NCBI GenBank assembly: GCA_964618295.1
Contig: CAZTWV010000010.1
Coordinates: 5,820 to 69,819 of the forward strand
Length of the DNA: 64,000 nucleotides
From: an uncultured Anaerolineales bacterium
GTDB taxonomy: Bacteria > Chloroflexota > Anaerolineae > Anaerolineales > UBA11858
Reading direction: 5' to 3'
Positions 48,664 to 57,857 of this stretch are shown piece after piece (positions within the stretch are counted from its first letter, which is position 1; every line of letters starts with the position of its first letter). The notes under the pieces are model-generated. The model saw only the letters and a list, made by a program, of their open reading frames with translations, was not told the DNA's origin and searched no databases. The position numbers were made by a program, and so were the translations under genes.

Positions 48664-48667
48664 CGGA

Positions 48668-50995
48668 ATGAGAATTCGGAAAATAATTAAAAGGTTTTGG
48701 CCGCTGGCGGGTCCAATATTTGGCCCAGCAGTACTGTTTTCAAAAATATTAATCAAGGGAGAAGCCCTCTTTTGGGGAACGCCATCGCTTCAGTTTTTTC
48801 CTTGGTGGAAGTATGCCTGGGATACGATACTCGCTGGGAAAATTCCATATTGGAATCCATTAGTTGGAATGGGAGCGCCGCTAATTGCAAATTATCAGAG
48901 CGGAATTTTTTATCCTCCATATTGGATTGATTTTGGGGTTTATCTCGCTGGCGGAATTACCTGGATGGCTTGGGCTCATACTTTTGTAATCATTGCACAT
49001 TTAGCCTGGGCGGGAGCAGGAAGTGCTCGATTAGCAAAAGAACTGGGAATGGGGGAGCTAAGCCAGAGTATTGCCGGGTTGAGTTACGGAATGGGTGGTT
49101 ATTTGGTTTCCCGGGTTGGTTTTTTCAGCATCAACTCAGCAGGGGCCTGGTTTCCATGGGTGCTGCTGCTGTCACATCGATTAGTTAACAATAAAAATAG
49201 AAAAACTACACTTAAGCTTGCGATAGTATTTGGGTTGCTTTTTCTCGCTGGACATGCCCAAACTGCCTGGTATATCACTCTCTTTAGTGGTATCTGGATA
49301 ACTTACCTGGCTTTGAAAAGGGGAAAGGTCGAGGTTGAGGGTAGAAAATTAAAAATCATCGGGAAGTTTCTAGTCGCTGGGTTAACGGGTGCTGGTTTGG
49401 CAGCGGTACAAATCCTGCCAACTGCAGAATATTTACTCCTGAGTCAGCGTTCAAACGAATACGGATTTCAGCAGGCGATGATATATTCTTTCTGGCCCTG
49501 GCGGTTCATAACACTCGCTGTACCAGGGCTGTTTGGGAATCCCGGCTCCGGAAACTATTGGGGGTATGGAAATTATTGGGAGGATGCATTATATATTGGA
49601 ATGCTTCCTCTGATTTTAGCATTTATCATGATTGCAAAAGTCATAATCGATAAAAAAAATCCCGGTGTCAGACGAGAACGGTCCTTTGTCACATTTTTTG
49701 GACTCATGACCCTGATAAGTTTTATCTTCGCATTGGGAGATAACACGCCGGTTTTTCCATTTCTTTATCGTTATGTTCCAACTTTTGATATGTTCCAGGC
49801 TCCAACAAGATTTAATATATGGGCCCAGATTTCATTATCGATGATCGCGGGTTTTGCTGTTGAACAATGGAGAAAGCCCGAGAATAAAGGTTTATACTGG
49901 ACCCGGTTGGCTGCCGCTGGAGCATTTGCAGTAGCCTTAGGGGCAGGTATTGCTTTGGTTGTCGTTCAAGACCTGGAGGTCACTTTTGTACCTGCAACCG
50001 CTCTGGCAGGGATGTGGGGGTTATTTACGGCTTTGCTTGCATTGACACGTCCAGGTAGTTCAAAGAAGACGTTAAGTCAGATCTGGGCGGCTGCCGTAGT
50101 TCTGATAGTAACCATGGATCTGCTTCTGGCTGGATGGAATTTGAATCCGGGAATTGACAAGACATTCTACAGAACAGAATCTGCTGACTTAAACAAAGGT
50201 GGCAGATATTTTATTAATAATGGTCTTGAATATGATTTGAAATTTAATCAATTTTTTCTTTTTGATAGTTATAACCCAGAAAGAGAGTGGAAAGAAGTCA
50301 GAAAAGTTATGCTTCCGAATTTCCAGATGATTTTCGATCAGAGTTCGGCAAATAATTTTGACCCACTTGTTCCGAATCGATTTCAGGTCTGGATGGATGA
50401 ACTAAACCGATCCGAATCAGACACTCAAATCAAAATTCTGAAACTGATGGGAGTAACAAGGCAGCTGAAAATAGATCAGGATGAATTGGCCAGCTTCAGT
50501 AAGCTGCCTGGTCCGGAAAATGAATTTCTGGATTTTTACACCTGTGCAGTCGTTGAAGATAGTTCTGAAAAGATATTGAGGGATATTTTCAGTGGGGAAA
50601 TTGATCTAACGACTAAAATAATCCTGGAAGGATTAACTTTTAATAAACAAAATCAGAAATGTGAAGAGACTGAGTTTGACATTCGTGTTTTAGATTCAAT
50701 GGGCAGCGATCTTAGAATTTCCGCGGAAGTGTCCCAAGCCGGATGGCTGTTAATAAAACAGACCTGGTACCCTGGCTGGAAGGCAGAAGTGGATGGAGTG
50801 GAAGCTGAACTTCTGCGGGCAGATTACCTCTTTCAAGCGGTATTTCTTGAAAAGGGTAAACATATAGTTGAGGTCTATTACCAATCCAGAACTGCATGTG
50901 TAGGGGGGATAATGACTGGTGTGACAATATTTTTAGTGCTTTTCTTCTTGTTAAAAATAGGTCACAATAAAAATATGCAAACTATCCAGGAGTAA
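48668..50995 (+). CDS. YfhO family GT-C glycosyltransferase
   Basis: QFFPW, G.IP.WNP..G.GAP..AN.Q.G.FYP, LAGHAQ, LAAVQILPT.E....SQR, FQAP.RF and WYPGWKA.VDG motifs. Confidence 0.82.
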   Translation: MRIRKIIKRFWPLAGPIFGPAVLFSKILIKGEALFWGTPSLQFFPWWKYAWDTILAGKIPYWNPLVGMGAPLIANYQSGIFYPPYWIDFGVYLAGGITWMAWAHTFVIIAHLAWAGAGSARLAKELGMGELSQSIAGLSYGMGGYLVSRVGFFSINSAGAWFPWVLLLSHRLVNNKNRKTTLKLAIVFGLLFLAGHAQTAWYITLFSGIWITYLALKRGKVEVEGRKLKIIGKFLVAGLTGAGLAAVQILPTAEYLLLSQRSNEYGFQQAMIYSFWPWRFITLAVPGLFGNPGSGNYWGYGNYWEDALYIGMLPLILAFIMIAKVIIDKKNPGVRRERSFVTFFGLMTLISFIFALGDNTPVFPFLYRYVPTFDMFQAPTRFNIWAQISLSMIAGFAVEQWRKPENKGLYWTRLAAAGAFAVALGAGIALVVVQDLEVTFVPATALAGMWGLFTALLALTRPGSSKKTLSQIWAAAVVLIVTMDLLLAGWNLNPGIDKTFYRTESADLNKGGRYFINNGLEYDLKFNQFFLFDSYNPEREWKEVRKVMLPNFQMIFDQSSANNFDPLVPNRFQVWMDELNRSESDTQIKILKLMGVTRQLKIDQDELASFSKLPGPENEFLDFYTCAVVEDSSEKILRDIFSGEIDLTTKIILEGLTFNKQNQKCEETEFDIRVLDSMGSDLRISAEVSQAGWLLIKQTWYPGWKAEVDGVEAELLRADYLFQAVFLEKGKHIVEVYYQSRTACVGGIMTGVTIFLVLFFLLKIGHNKNMQTIQE

Positions 50996-52292
50996 AAATT
51001 TTCGCTCGATTTGATAATATAGCTCGTAATTTTGCCATGTCTGAGGGAAGATGCTTGATGCCGTAGGCTAATATAAGCGCAGAAAGGCCCCAGCTTACGA
51101 GGGAGATTGTTAGTATAGCGGTCTGGAGTGAAGCCCTTTCTGCGATAATCCCTGCGATTAACGGGGCAAAAGCAGACCCCAGGTTGCCAAGGAAATACTG
51201 AATAGAAGTGGCAGAGCTGCGGATTTCAGGGAGCACTACATCATAAACGGATGTGGCAATATTAGGTGAAGCAAGGGGGATGAAGAAGCAGGTCATTGAA
51301 AGCAAGACCTGAAACAAACGGGGGTTTTCAAGCGAAATATTCAGGGTAAGAGAAAGTAAAACAGCCCCGAAAATTACCCCGAGAAGAGCGATATATAATC
51401 TGCCTCGAGGATCTCTTCTGTAAGCCGCATCTCCCAGGACTCCACCTAAAAAATATCCCAGCGCTATCATCAGCACTGCTGGAGTCATCACAGCTGTAAT
51501 TTCAGAGGATGTAAGGCCCCGGTCTATTTCCAGATATCTGAACGACCAGAAAGTAATCACCTGCCAGGGAAGAACACCAATTGCTCCCTGCAAGAACAGT
51601 GTTCTGAGGGTTGGAATTTTTAGCAGGTTCTTGAACTGATTCCAGCCTGGAATTTTCGTGACAGGAATATCAGCTCCTTTCAGCTCCGGCTCGCTGGCCC
51701 CTCGTGGTACTTCTTGGACGCCGATTCGGATCAGGATAGCCATCAGAATTCCAATCAGTCCGGTCAAGATATATAAGAATCTCCAGCCTAAAGAAATACG
51801 CATAGTCATCGCAAGGTACAGTCCGGCAAGGTAACCAAGTGGTATTGTAAGCTGTAAAAATCCAAATATCCCACTTCTGCGGTCCGGAGGGAAATAGTCT
51901 GAAATCAAGCTGGCAATGCCGGGGTAGCTGGAATCGTCGATTCCTGTAGAAGCTCTTGCTACCGTAAATAACCCGGCTGTTGGGGCTGCTGCGCTGAGCC
52001 AGGTAGTCATCCCCCAGATAAATGAGGCAATCGCCAGGATTTTCGGGCGTGCAAAGCGGTCAAAAAGATAGCCCCAGATGGGGTAAAAAACAGATCCGAG
52101 TATCAAGGAAATTGTAAAGATACTTCCCATCTCGGATTCTGTTAGTTGGAAATCGGACATGATATCCGATGTTAGAGGTCCAATCAAAAGCCGATCAGTT
52201 TGATGAAGAAGCATAAACATGAAAAAAATAATGACAGCAGTCCAGCGCTGGAACTTGGTCGGAGTCCGATTTGAATCAATACCAGATTTCAT
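50982..52292 (-). CDS. MFS transporter (spinster-like)
   Basis: TDR.LI, GYLFDRFARP motif A, SLISDYFPP..R; about 12 TMs. Confidence 0.85.
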   Translation of the reverse strand: MKSGIDSNRTPTKFQRWTAVIIFFMFMLLHQTDRLLIGPLTSDIMSDFQLTESEMGSIFTISLILGSVFYPIWGYLFDRFARPKILAIASFIWGMTTWLSAAAPTAGLFTVARASTGIDDSSYPGIASLISDYFPPDRRSGIFGFLQLTIPLGYLAGLYLAMTMRISLGWRFLYILTGLIGILMAILIRIGVQEVPRGASEPELKGADIPVTKIPGWNQFKNLLKIPTLRTLFLQGAIGVLPWQVITFWSFRYLEIDRGLTSSEITAVMTPAVLMIALGYFLGGVLGDAAYRRDPRGRLYIALLGVIFGAVLLSLTLNISLENPRLFQVLLSMTCFFIPLASPNIATSVYDVVLPEIRSSATSIQYFLGNLGSAFAPLIAGIIAERASLQTAILTISLVSWGLSALILAYGIKHLPSDMAKLRAILSNRAKIFTPG

Positions 52293-53017
52293 GAGGTGCC
52301 TGTCAGAGATAAATAGATTCGTTTATTATCTTTTACCTTGCTTTTGTAGTCGGTTATCTCTAGCTGGCCTACTTCGGATGTGTTATGCACGTGGGTTCCT
52401 CCATCTGCCTGGAGATCCAGTCCGTGAATCTCCACCACCCGAACTTCCTGAATATGCGGCGGGAGAAGGTTTATTTTTGTTCGAATTAAATCTGGGATTT
52501 GGAAGGCTTCCTCGCGGGGAAGAATCCGCCAGGAAACATTTCTGGAGGCGGTAACTTCTTTGTTTATGGATAATATGATTTCGGTGATCAGGTCTTTTTT
52601 CAAACCGGCAAACTCAAAATCCATTCTTCCTTTATACGGTTCCATATTGCCCCCGGTAACTGAAGCGCCGTAATCACGGAAAATAACACCGCACAGAATA
52701 TGCATGGCGGTGTGGGTTCTCATTAATGCATAACGTCTTTCCCAGTCTATCTCCCCGCGCACTTGACTTCCAAATTCTGGAAGGGGTGCGGAACTATCAA
52801 GGTAGTGAATAATTTCTCCCTGTTTGTTTTTGACTTTATCGACAAAAAAATTTTGGTTCTTAAAGAAGATAGATCCCTTATCAAAAGGCTGACCACCGCC
52901 GCCGGGGTAAAATGCTGTGCGGTCCAGGATAACTGTAAGATCGGTTGGAGACACTTTCGTGACTTGTGCTTCGAAAACTTTTTGATAGCTGTCAAGGTGG
53001 TAAATTTTTTCAGTCAT
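52289..53017 (-). CDS. alaX: Alanyl-tRNA editing protein AlaX
   Basis: TAFYPGGGGQP.D.G, MRTHTAMHIL and ADGGTHV motifs. Confidence 0.92.
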   Translation of the reverse strand: MTEKIYHLDSYQKVFEAQVTKVSPTDLTVILDRTAFYPGGGGQPFDKGSIFFKNQNFFVDKVKNKQGEIIHYLDSSAPLPEFGSQVRGEIDWERRYALMRTHTAMHILCGVIFRDYGASVTGGNMEPYKGRMDFEFAGLKKDLITEIILSINKEVTASRNVSWRILPREEAFQIPDLIRTKINLLPPHIQEVRVVEIHGLDLQADGGTHVHNTSEVGQLEITDYKSKVKDNKRIYLSLTGTS

Positions 53018-53129
53018 GTTGATTGTTTACCTTTGAATTGGTTTATGGATTGAAAGGAGCTGGAGATTTTTCGCTCCCTGCTGTACAATATCCCTGCTCT
53101 AATATTAACATGATAATGGATGTTCAGAT

Positions 53130-54059
53130 ATGATGCGGAAGAAGAATAACGAGAACAACACTGAAAGCTTGACTGTCTGGAAGAAATGGGTCTGGGCGGC
53201 CAGGCCAAAAACACTTCCTGCCGCAGCAGCTCCTGTGATCATTGGGACAGCGCTGGCCCTTTGGTGGGAGGCAGTAACAATATTTCCGGCTCTGGCAGCA
53301 TTGGGCGGTGCGCTTTGGCTCCAAATCGGAGCAAATCTTGCTAATGACCTTTTTGACTATCAAAGAGGAGTTGATTCTGGAAAGAGATTCGGTCCAAAAC
53401 GTGCCACGCAGGAAGGATGGCTGAGTCCCAGAGCAGTGGCTGTCGGAACCTTTTTCTCATTTTTGATGGCATCAATCTGTGGAGTGTATCTTGTTTACGT
53501 TTCAAGTCCCGTGATTATAGTGATTGGGCTAACAGCGATTCTCTCAGCTGTTATTTATTCTGGAGGGCCTTTTCCTGTTGGATATCACAGTCTGGGAGAT
53601 GTTTTTGTATTTCTGTATTTTGGGGTAATTGGTGTTGCGGGAACATTTTTTGTGCAGGCGAATACAATTAACTGGCTGGTGATAGGGTCATCGATCCCTG
53701 TGGGTTTGTTAATTGTCAATATATTAGTGATCAACAATTATCGAGATCTAAACAGGGATAAGGAGACTGGAAAAATCACCTTAGCTGTTCGTTTAGGTCC
53801 TAAATTGACTAAAACACAATTTCAGCTGAATCTTATCCTGGCTTATTCAATTGTCTTATTATTGGTTGTTTTGGAACCTGTTTTGGTAGGCTCACTTGCA
53901 GTGTTGTTCAGCGTACCGTTTGGAGTGAATTTGGTCAAAGAGCTTAATATCAACCAGGGCAAAGAATTAAATAGCACCCTGGCCAAAGCGGGCCAATTGG
54001 CCTTTGGATTTTCGGTCCTATATTTTCTTGGTTTAGCTGCTTCAAAACTGACATTGTAG
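53130..54059 (+). CDS. menA: 1,4-dihydroxy-2-naphthoate prenyltransferase
   Basis: AARPKTL.AA, N.ANDLFD..RGVD, YSGGP.P.GY..LGD and NNYRD...D...GK.TLAVRLG motifs. Confidence 0.93.
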   Translation: MMRKKNNENNTESLTVWKKWVWAARPKTLPAAAAPVIIGTALALWWEAVTIFPALAALGGALWLQIGANLANDLFDYQRGVDSGKRFGPKRATQEGWLSPRAVAVGTFFSFLMASICGVYLVYVSSPVIIVIGLTAILSAVIYSGGPFPVGYHSLGDVFVFLYFGVIGVAGTFFVQANTINWLVIGSSIPVGLLIVNILVINNYRDLNRDKETGKITLAVRLGPKLTKTQFQLNLILAYSIVLLLVVLEPVLVGSLAVLFSVPFGVNLVKELNINQGKELNSTLAKAGQLAFGFSVLYFLGLAASKLTL

Positions 54060-54078
54060 GACATGTAACGGAAATTGG

Positions 54079-55257
54079 TTAGATAAGTTTGAGCTCTTTT
54101 CCGACCTGTTCAAAGATTTCAAGAACGCGGTCCATTTGCTCGTCTGAATGAGTAGCCATGTAGCTGGTTCTCAACAGCTGTCTGCCTGGAGGGGTAGCAG
54201 GACTTAGAACCGGGTTTACAAATACTCCCTTATCAAATAAAAGCTTCCAGGTTTGGAGAGTGAGTGTATCATCTCCGATAATGATCGGGATTACTGGTGT
54301 CTCAGAATTTCCAATATCAAAACCTAAGTTTTTATATTCTTCTCTCATCCGATCAGCAATTTGATTGACCCGTGAGATTCGTTCCGGTTCGTTTTTCATT
54401 ACCCGTAAAGCGGCAAGCGCAGATGCGGCGTTAGGACCGGGTATGCTGGCGCTAAAGATTAAAGAGCGAGCATGGTGTTTGATGTAGTGGATTACATTTT
54501 CGGACCCGGCGATATATCCGCCGACCGAGGCGAAGCTTTTACTGAATGTTCCCATTATCAAGTCAACATCTGCGGTAACCCCAAAATGGGCCGCTGTGCC
54601 TCTGCCTCCCCCGAGTACACCAACGGCATGAGCATCGTCAACCATTATCCGGCAGTTATATTTTTTGCAGATCGGGATGATCTCCGGCAGCTTGGCAATA
54701 TCTCCTTCCATACTGTAAAGCCCATCGACTACAAGAAGTTTACCGTTTTCTTGAGGTAAGCGGGAGAGTTTATTTTCAAGATCTTCGACATCGTTGTGTC
54801 GATAGCGGACCATATCACCATGGCTGAGGCGGGCGCCGTCAACAATGCTGGCGTGGTCCTCTCTGTCCAAAACAATGTACTCTTTGCGGCTGACAAGAGA
54901 GCTGATAGTCCCGAGGTTGACTTGCATTCCTGTAGAAAAAACTAATGCGCTGTCTTTGCCAACCCAGTCTGCAAGTTCGGTTTCTAACTCTTCGTGAAGC
55001 TCGAGGTTTCCATTCAAAAATCTGGAGCCGGTGCAGCTGCTGCCGAAGCGATCAATGGCGTCGTGCGCTGCTTGTTGGATTTGCGGATGAGTTGTTAAAC
55101 CTAGGTAGTTATTAGAACCGCACATGATCAAGGAATGGTCCCCAAATTTGGCGACTGTTCCTTCGCTTTCAGACAACGGTAAAAAATAGGGATAAAGACC
55201 GGCGGATGCAGCCTCTTTCGCTTGAGTGAAATTTTCACATTTGTTGAATAGATCCAT
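54079..55257 (-). CDS. Alpha-oxoamine synthase, serine palmitoyltransferase-like
   Basis: G.YPYF, GSNNYLGL, GSRFLNG, DHASIVDG, DDAH, GTFSKSFAS.GG and IFSAS motifs; GTFSKS and YPYF match bacterial SPT better than BioF or Kbl. Confidence 0.75.
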   Translation of the reverse strand: MDLFNKCENFTQAKEAASAGLYPYFLPLSESEGTVAKFGDHSLIMCGSNNYLGLTTHPQIQQAAHDAIDRFGSSCTGSRFLNGNLELHEELETELADWVGKDSALVFSTGMQVNLGTISSLVSRKEYIVLDREDHASIVDGARLSHGDMVRYRHNDVEDLENKLSRLPQENGKLLVVDGLYSMEGDIAKLPEIIPICKKYNCRIMVDDAHAVGVLGGGRGTAAHFGVTADVDLIMGTFSKSFASVGGYIAGSENVIHYIKHHARSLIFSASIPGPNAASALAALRVMKNEPERISRVNQIADRMREEYKNLGFDIGNSETPVIPIIIGDDTLTLQTWKLLFDKGVFVNPVLSPATPPGRQLLRTSYMATHSDEQMDRVLEIFEQVGKELKLI

Positions 55258-55401
55258 TTCAAACAACTCCAAAGTAGTTAAAAATTGATTTAGAGTACAA
55301 CAGCTGAGTAAAAATTGCGACAGCATCATTAGTATACCTCAAAATAAAAATCGTTCTAAAAACGAAGAAATTGACGATTTTGTCAGGTAATCGAGGATTG
55401 C

Positions 55402-55430
55402 TTGACATGGTTTTCTCCATATGTTAAGCT
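55402..55430 (+). promoter_or_regulatory. Sigma70-type promoter of roadblock-V4R-GT2
   Basis: TTGACA-17 bp-TAAGCT with TG extension. Confidence 0.55.
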
Positions 55431-55478
55431 TCAAATTGGTATCCACTCAGCTGGAAATTTGCGGAAAGGACGGAACCT

Positions 55479-55850
55479 TTGACTGTCTCAAGATCAAAAC
55501 AACTTGTTGCTCGCTTGCAGGAGCTTCAGGTATCTTCACCAGATATCCAGGCCTCAGCTGTTGTCAGTGTTGACGGTTTGATTATTGCTTCAGCACTTCC
55601 GAAATCCGTTGAAGAAGATCGCGTTTCTGCGATGTCGGCTGCAATGCTGTCCCTGGGTGAAAGAATTGCTCTGGAACTGGGACGGGGAAATCTTGATCAG
55701 GTTTTCATCAAAGGGGAGATTGGATATGTGATACTCATGGCCGTGGGGGAGATGGCAGTATTGACAGCTCTGGCGAATGAAGATGCCAAGCTGGGGCTGA
55801 TATTTTTAGATATGAAAAGGGCGGTTGAAGATATCGCTCAACTGGTTTGA
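55479..55850 (+). CDS. Roadblock/LC7 domain protein (MglB-like)
   Basis: AVVSVDGLIIAS.LP, DRVSAMSAAMLSLGERI..EL.RG.L.QV and KLGLIFL motifs. Confidence 0.9.
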   Translation: MTVSRSKQLVARLQELQVSSPDIQASAVVSVDGLIIASALPKSVEEDRVSAMSAAMLSLGERIALELGRGNLDQVFIKGEIGYVILMAVGEMAVLTALANEDAKLGLIFLDMKRAVEDIAQLV

Positions 55851-55866
55851 TAACCAGGTTGAATTT

Positions 55867-56502
55867 ATGCAAAATATTCCCGAAAGTGGTTATTACAATT
55901 CAAATAAATTTGCCAGGATATTACTTGAATCTATTCAGGAGATAACTGGAAAAAACGGGGTTAGCGCAATCCTGAATTACGCTGACCTTTCTTCATTAAT
56001 TGCCAATTATCCGCCTGATAATCTTGATATGGCTTTTGATTTCGCTCATTTCTCAAGGATAAATTTGGCCCTGGAAGAACTTTACGGAAAAAGAGGGGGA
56101 AGGGGATTGGCACTGCGAGCTGGAAGGTCAACATTTGACGAGTTGCTAAAAGATTATGGTGCCGTTGCTGGGGTGAGTGATATTGCCTTTAAGGTGCTTC
56201 CGCTTCAAAAAAAAATAAAGATAGGTCTGAAGTCTATGGCACGGGTCTTTACTGAAAAAAGCGATCAGATCAGCTTCGTGGAAGAATCCGAGGAGAACTA
56301 CATTTATCGGATTGAGAGATGTCCAATTTGTTGGGGACGCAAGAATGAAAAATCCCCGATTTGTTACTATATGGTCGGGTTGTTAAAAGAAGCCTTGAGC
56401 TGGGTTTCTGGAGGAAAGGAATTTCGTGTTACTGAGGTTGCTTGCAGCGCTGCCGGTGACAATGTCTGCGAATTCGTTATTTTAAAGACCCCGATACCTT
56501 GA
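55867..56502 (+). CDS. V4R (4-vinyl reductase) domain protein
   Basis: CPICWG, PICYY..GLLKEAL.W.SG and V.EV.C.A.G...CEF motifs. Confidence 0.85.
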   Translation: MQNIPESGYYNSNKFARILLESIQEITGKNGVSAILNYADLSSLIANYPPDNLDMAFDFAHFSRINLALEELYGKRGGRGLALRAGRSTFDELLKDYGAVAGVSDIAFKVLPLQKKIKIGLKSMARVFTEKSDQISFVEESEENYIYRIERCPICWGRKNEKSPICYYMVGLLKEALSWVSGGKEFRVTEVACSAAGDNVCEFVILKTPIP

Positions 56503-57242
56503 TGGAGTTAAAAGAACAATTGAATACAACGGTAGTTATTCCAACCTATAATGAGGTAGAGAACCTGTCCAGGATGGTGAGAGCGTTATTCAGTCTCGGA
56601 ATACCGGATTTGGATTTATTGATAGTGGATGATAACAGCCCTGATGGAACAGGGCAGTTAGCTGATGAGCTGGCAAAGAAACATTCTGGGAGAATGGAAG
56701 TCATTCACAGAAAAGGAAAATCAGGTTTAGGCACAGCGTATATCGCAGGCTTCAGGTATTGTCTCCAAAAAGGGTCACAACAAATAGTCCAGATGGATGC
56801 AGATTTTTCGCACGATCCAGAAACTGTTGTTGAATTGATTGGTGGATTAAGGGATTTTGATATGGTGTTGGGGTCAAGGTACGTCCCCGGCGGGAGCCTG
56901 GATAAAGATTGGGCTTTCTGGCGGAAAGGATTATCTTCTTTTGGAAATCTTTACGCCAGAATAATTCTTCGAATACCGGTTAAGGATATTACAGGTGGGT
57001 TCAGGGCTTGGAGAAGGGAGACTTTGTCTGCCCTGCCCCTCCAGAGGGTGAAATCTCAGGGATATGCCTTTCAAATTGAGATGGCATATCTAACTTATCT
57101 GCTTGGATTCCAGATCAAAGAAATCCCCATTTATTTTGCAGAGCGAGAGTCAGGGGTTTCTAAGATGTCAAGGGATATCCAAATAGAAGCAGCCCGGAGA
57201 GTTTGGGAGATACTCCACCAGTACCGGGATTTAAGAAGGTAA
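56502..57242 (+). CDS. Polyprenol-monophosphomannose synthase (GT2, Ppm1/DPM1-like)
   Basis: VIPTYNE.EN, VDDNSPDGTG, GLG.AY, MDADFSH.P, GSRY..GG, D.TGGFR and GYAFQIE motifs; TGATG overlap with the V4R stop. Confidence 0.9.
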   Translation: MELKEQLNTTVVIPTYNEVENLSRMVRALFSLGIPDLDLLIVDDNSPDGTGQLADELAKKHSGRMEVIHRKGKSGLGTAYIAGFRYCLQKGSQQIVQMDADFSHDPETVVELIGGLRDFDMVLGSRYVPGGSLDKDWAFWRKGLSSFGNLYARIILRIPVKDITGGFRAWRRETLSALPLQRVKSQGYAFQIEMAYLTYLLGFQIKEIPIYFAERESGVSKMSRDIQIEAARRVWEILHQYRDLRR

Positions 57243-57278
57243 CAAGGCTGGATTGAAAAATACGGGGGAAAATTAAAC

Positions 57279-57815
57279 CTAACCGCCTTCCTCCATCCGC
57301 TCGAGTATGCTGTAAAGAAGTTCTAAGAGAGCGTTCTTGACGGATTCTTTGTCTGTCGCAATACAGGGGAGAAGCTTTACTTCCGGGGATAGGCGCAGTG
57401 CAATGCGCATGTCATCCGGGTCCCAGGCATCGGAAAGATCCTGTTTGTTTGCAGTCACTACATATGGTGTCGGGGCGTAAGCCCTGAATGTCTCTAGTAT
57501 TCTGCGAGCTTCCCGAAATGTTTCAGGACGGGAACTGTCTACCATTACTATAAATCCGAGCATTCCCTCGGAGAGAATTTCCCACATGAAATCAAAACGT
57601 TTCTGACCGGGCGTACCAAACAGGTATAGTACAAGGTCGTCATCAACCGTGATCCGTCCAAAATCCATTGCGACTGTGGTGGTTTCTTTGATGCGCTCTG
57701 ATTCTGAGGAAATCTTTCTTTCAGTAGCAACAACATCGATCTCACTGACTGTCTGGATAAATTGGGTTTTGCCGGAACTAAAGGGACCGGTGACGACCAT
57801 CTTTACTGTTTGCAT
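57279..57815 (-). CDS. Small Ras-superfamily GTPase (MglA/CvnD-like)
   Basis: GPFSSGKT (G1), TTVAMDFG (G2), FGTPGQKRF (G3), NKQD (G4), CIA (G5). Confidence 0.9.
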   Translation of the reverse strand: MQTVKMVVTGPFSSGKTQFIQTVSEIDVVATERKISSESERIKETTTVAMDFGRITVDDDLVLYLFGTPGQKRFDFMWEILSEGMLGFIVMVDSSRPETFREARRILETFRAYAPTPYVVTANKQDLSDAWDPDDMRIALRLSPEVKLLPCIATDKESVKNALLELLYSILERMEEGG

Positions 57816-57857
57816 GCGCGGATATCCTTTAAGCGGTAATTATTTATAGCAGCAGAG

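Noticed and set aside
54079-55257. Annotation as bioF or kbl
   Set aside because: Motifs (GTFSKS, YPYF) and lack of biotin or tdh context fit SPT-like enzymes better; not formally excluded, so no gene symbol is given.
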